Assembly (NCBI GenBank): GCA_964187785.1
Contig: OZ076414.1
Span: forward strand, 27,652,001-27,716,000
Origin: Amphiscolops sp. MND2022
Lineage: Eukaryota
Length of the DNA: 64,000 bases
Direction: 5' to 3'
Each line of letters starts with the position of its first letter. The stretch's first letter is position 1. Under the pieces are notes generated by a model. It did not search any database. It was given only the letters and a program-made list of their open reading frames with translations, and was not told the DNA's origin. Shown in pieces: positions 62,766 through 64,000 of this stretch. Both the position numbers and the translations under genes were made by a program.

Positions 62766-64000
62766 TTCTATTGTGTACTAACTTGATATCACACCCGGTT
62801 GGTCTAATGTAACCTTGCTGATTAATAAAATTTTACATAAACATCATAAAATAAGTGAAAATGTCAAAAATCCTACAATTTTTTGGCACTGCAAATTTGA
62901 TAGTTCTTTTCCATTCTAGAGTCCCTTCTCATATTCAAAACACTTTTTTCAACTTTGAGCTGGGAGCCGACTTGTGCTGTTGGCCGCTTGTATTATATTG
63001 TATTTTCATTGAAGCGGCGTTTCTCCAGTGTGAAACAGTTGCTGCTCCGATGAAGAGTCATTTTTTAAATACATCGTGCCCCTGTGCGCGAAACGAACTC
63101 GGTACCACTAGGGTCTTTTGTTTCGAAAAAGGTTCCAGCAGAATGTCTTAATTTACTAATAATATTATATAAAACGTTATGCGTGTTTTTCTAATTGAAA
63201 TATTGAAAAAAACTCATTCAAAGTAAATACTATTATAAAAAGCTCCAAATAAAATCACGTTTGGAGTTTGCTGATTTGTATATATTTTGTATAATTATTT
63301 TCAATTTTGTCAAATACCATTTTGTGAGTTAATCCATAGAGTTTCGAATAAAAATTGCTACAAACTTTTTTTGTGTCTATTTGTCGTGTTTTGTATCAAT
63401 TAAAATGATTTTTCGTGGTGGTTTAAGGTTGCTCGGAATTCTGGTTTTCTTGCTTCCTTGTTTTTTAAGAAATTCTGTAAACTGCTTGGAGATTTTCTAA
63501 AGTGCATGGATATGTTTTGAGTTTTATAGAAACAGCTTGGAAGTTGCACCAAATTTTTTCTTGCAGATTGAAAAAAATTAGTCTGCATGCATGAACGCTG
63601 CATGGAAAATTTTCCGGCAGATTCAACTAGGCAAACCATCTGAATATGTCACGCACAATTTTGGCTAAAGTTGTGTTTAAAAAGATTAACATTTTGGAAT
63701 AATTGTCAAACTCTATCATTCCTTTGATCTGTGAGTATCCAACTGAAAGACAGATTGTCATTTCCGATGAGTGGCAATCCCTTTTCTGGACTTCAAAGCT
63801 CTTTTCTCCCTGTTGTTGACACATTCATTGCTCTTTGGGTCACTTGGTGTAGACAGTGTAGACTCAATATGTTAGGTAGAACGGACTCAAGAGATTTTCA
63901 GTCTCAATTGACTTACAATAGAGCATCAGATGTTTTGCTTGAAAAGCTTTGAAGTTATCGGTAAGCTTGAATGCTGCCAAAATAACAAAATTCTATTCAT

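Larger units (their letters stand above)
55064..63568. repeat. Three-copy tandem array of a ~2.83-2.85 kb JmjC-containing unit
   Basis: GGGACCTATATACAACGCTAG starts at 55064, 57891, 60737. Confidence 0.97.

Noticed and set aside
63586-63630. Helitron-like 3' end (CATGCA-N7-TGCATG hairpin, then CTAG)
   Set aside because: The hairpin is weak and about 22 bp from CTAG, the next base is G rather than T, and no matching 5' TC end or Rep/helicase was found.

Overview
AT-rich eukaryotic DNA (probably an invertebrate; the species cannot be assigned from sequence alone), made almost entirely of nested, mostly decayed transposable elements. No intact host gene is recognisable. Contents: several Ty3/Gypsy LTR-retrotransposon remnants; two solo LTRs of about 1.55 kb with 5-bp target-site duplications (TSDs); a FLYWCH/MULE remnant; a CR1/L2-type LINE remnant; and many head-to-tail amplifications (39, 70, 76, 166, ~1411 x6, 1741 x2 and ~2830 bp x3). 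Most notable: (1) an ~11.2-kb Gypsy element (12831-24025) whose 3' region carries an antisense, intron-containing BED-finger/hAT-transposase-like gene, a sense orphan ORF, and over 20 copies of a dyad TATGCGG-N14-CAGCATA with near-invariant spacing, which may be a self-binding protein/site module; a divergent homolog of the cargo sits in the same slot of a second Gypsy element (38.5-41.3 kb). (2) LTRs that themselves encode about 190-215 codons, which read through the primer-binding site (PBS) into gag. (3) A triplicated, intronless, stand-alone JmjC dioxygenase pseudogene. All protein family calls rest on motif recognition by eye and need HMM confirmation.
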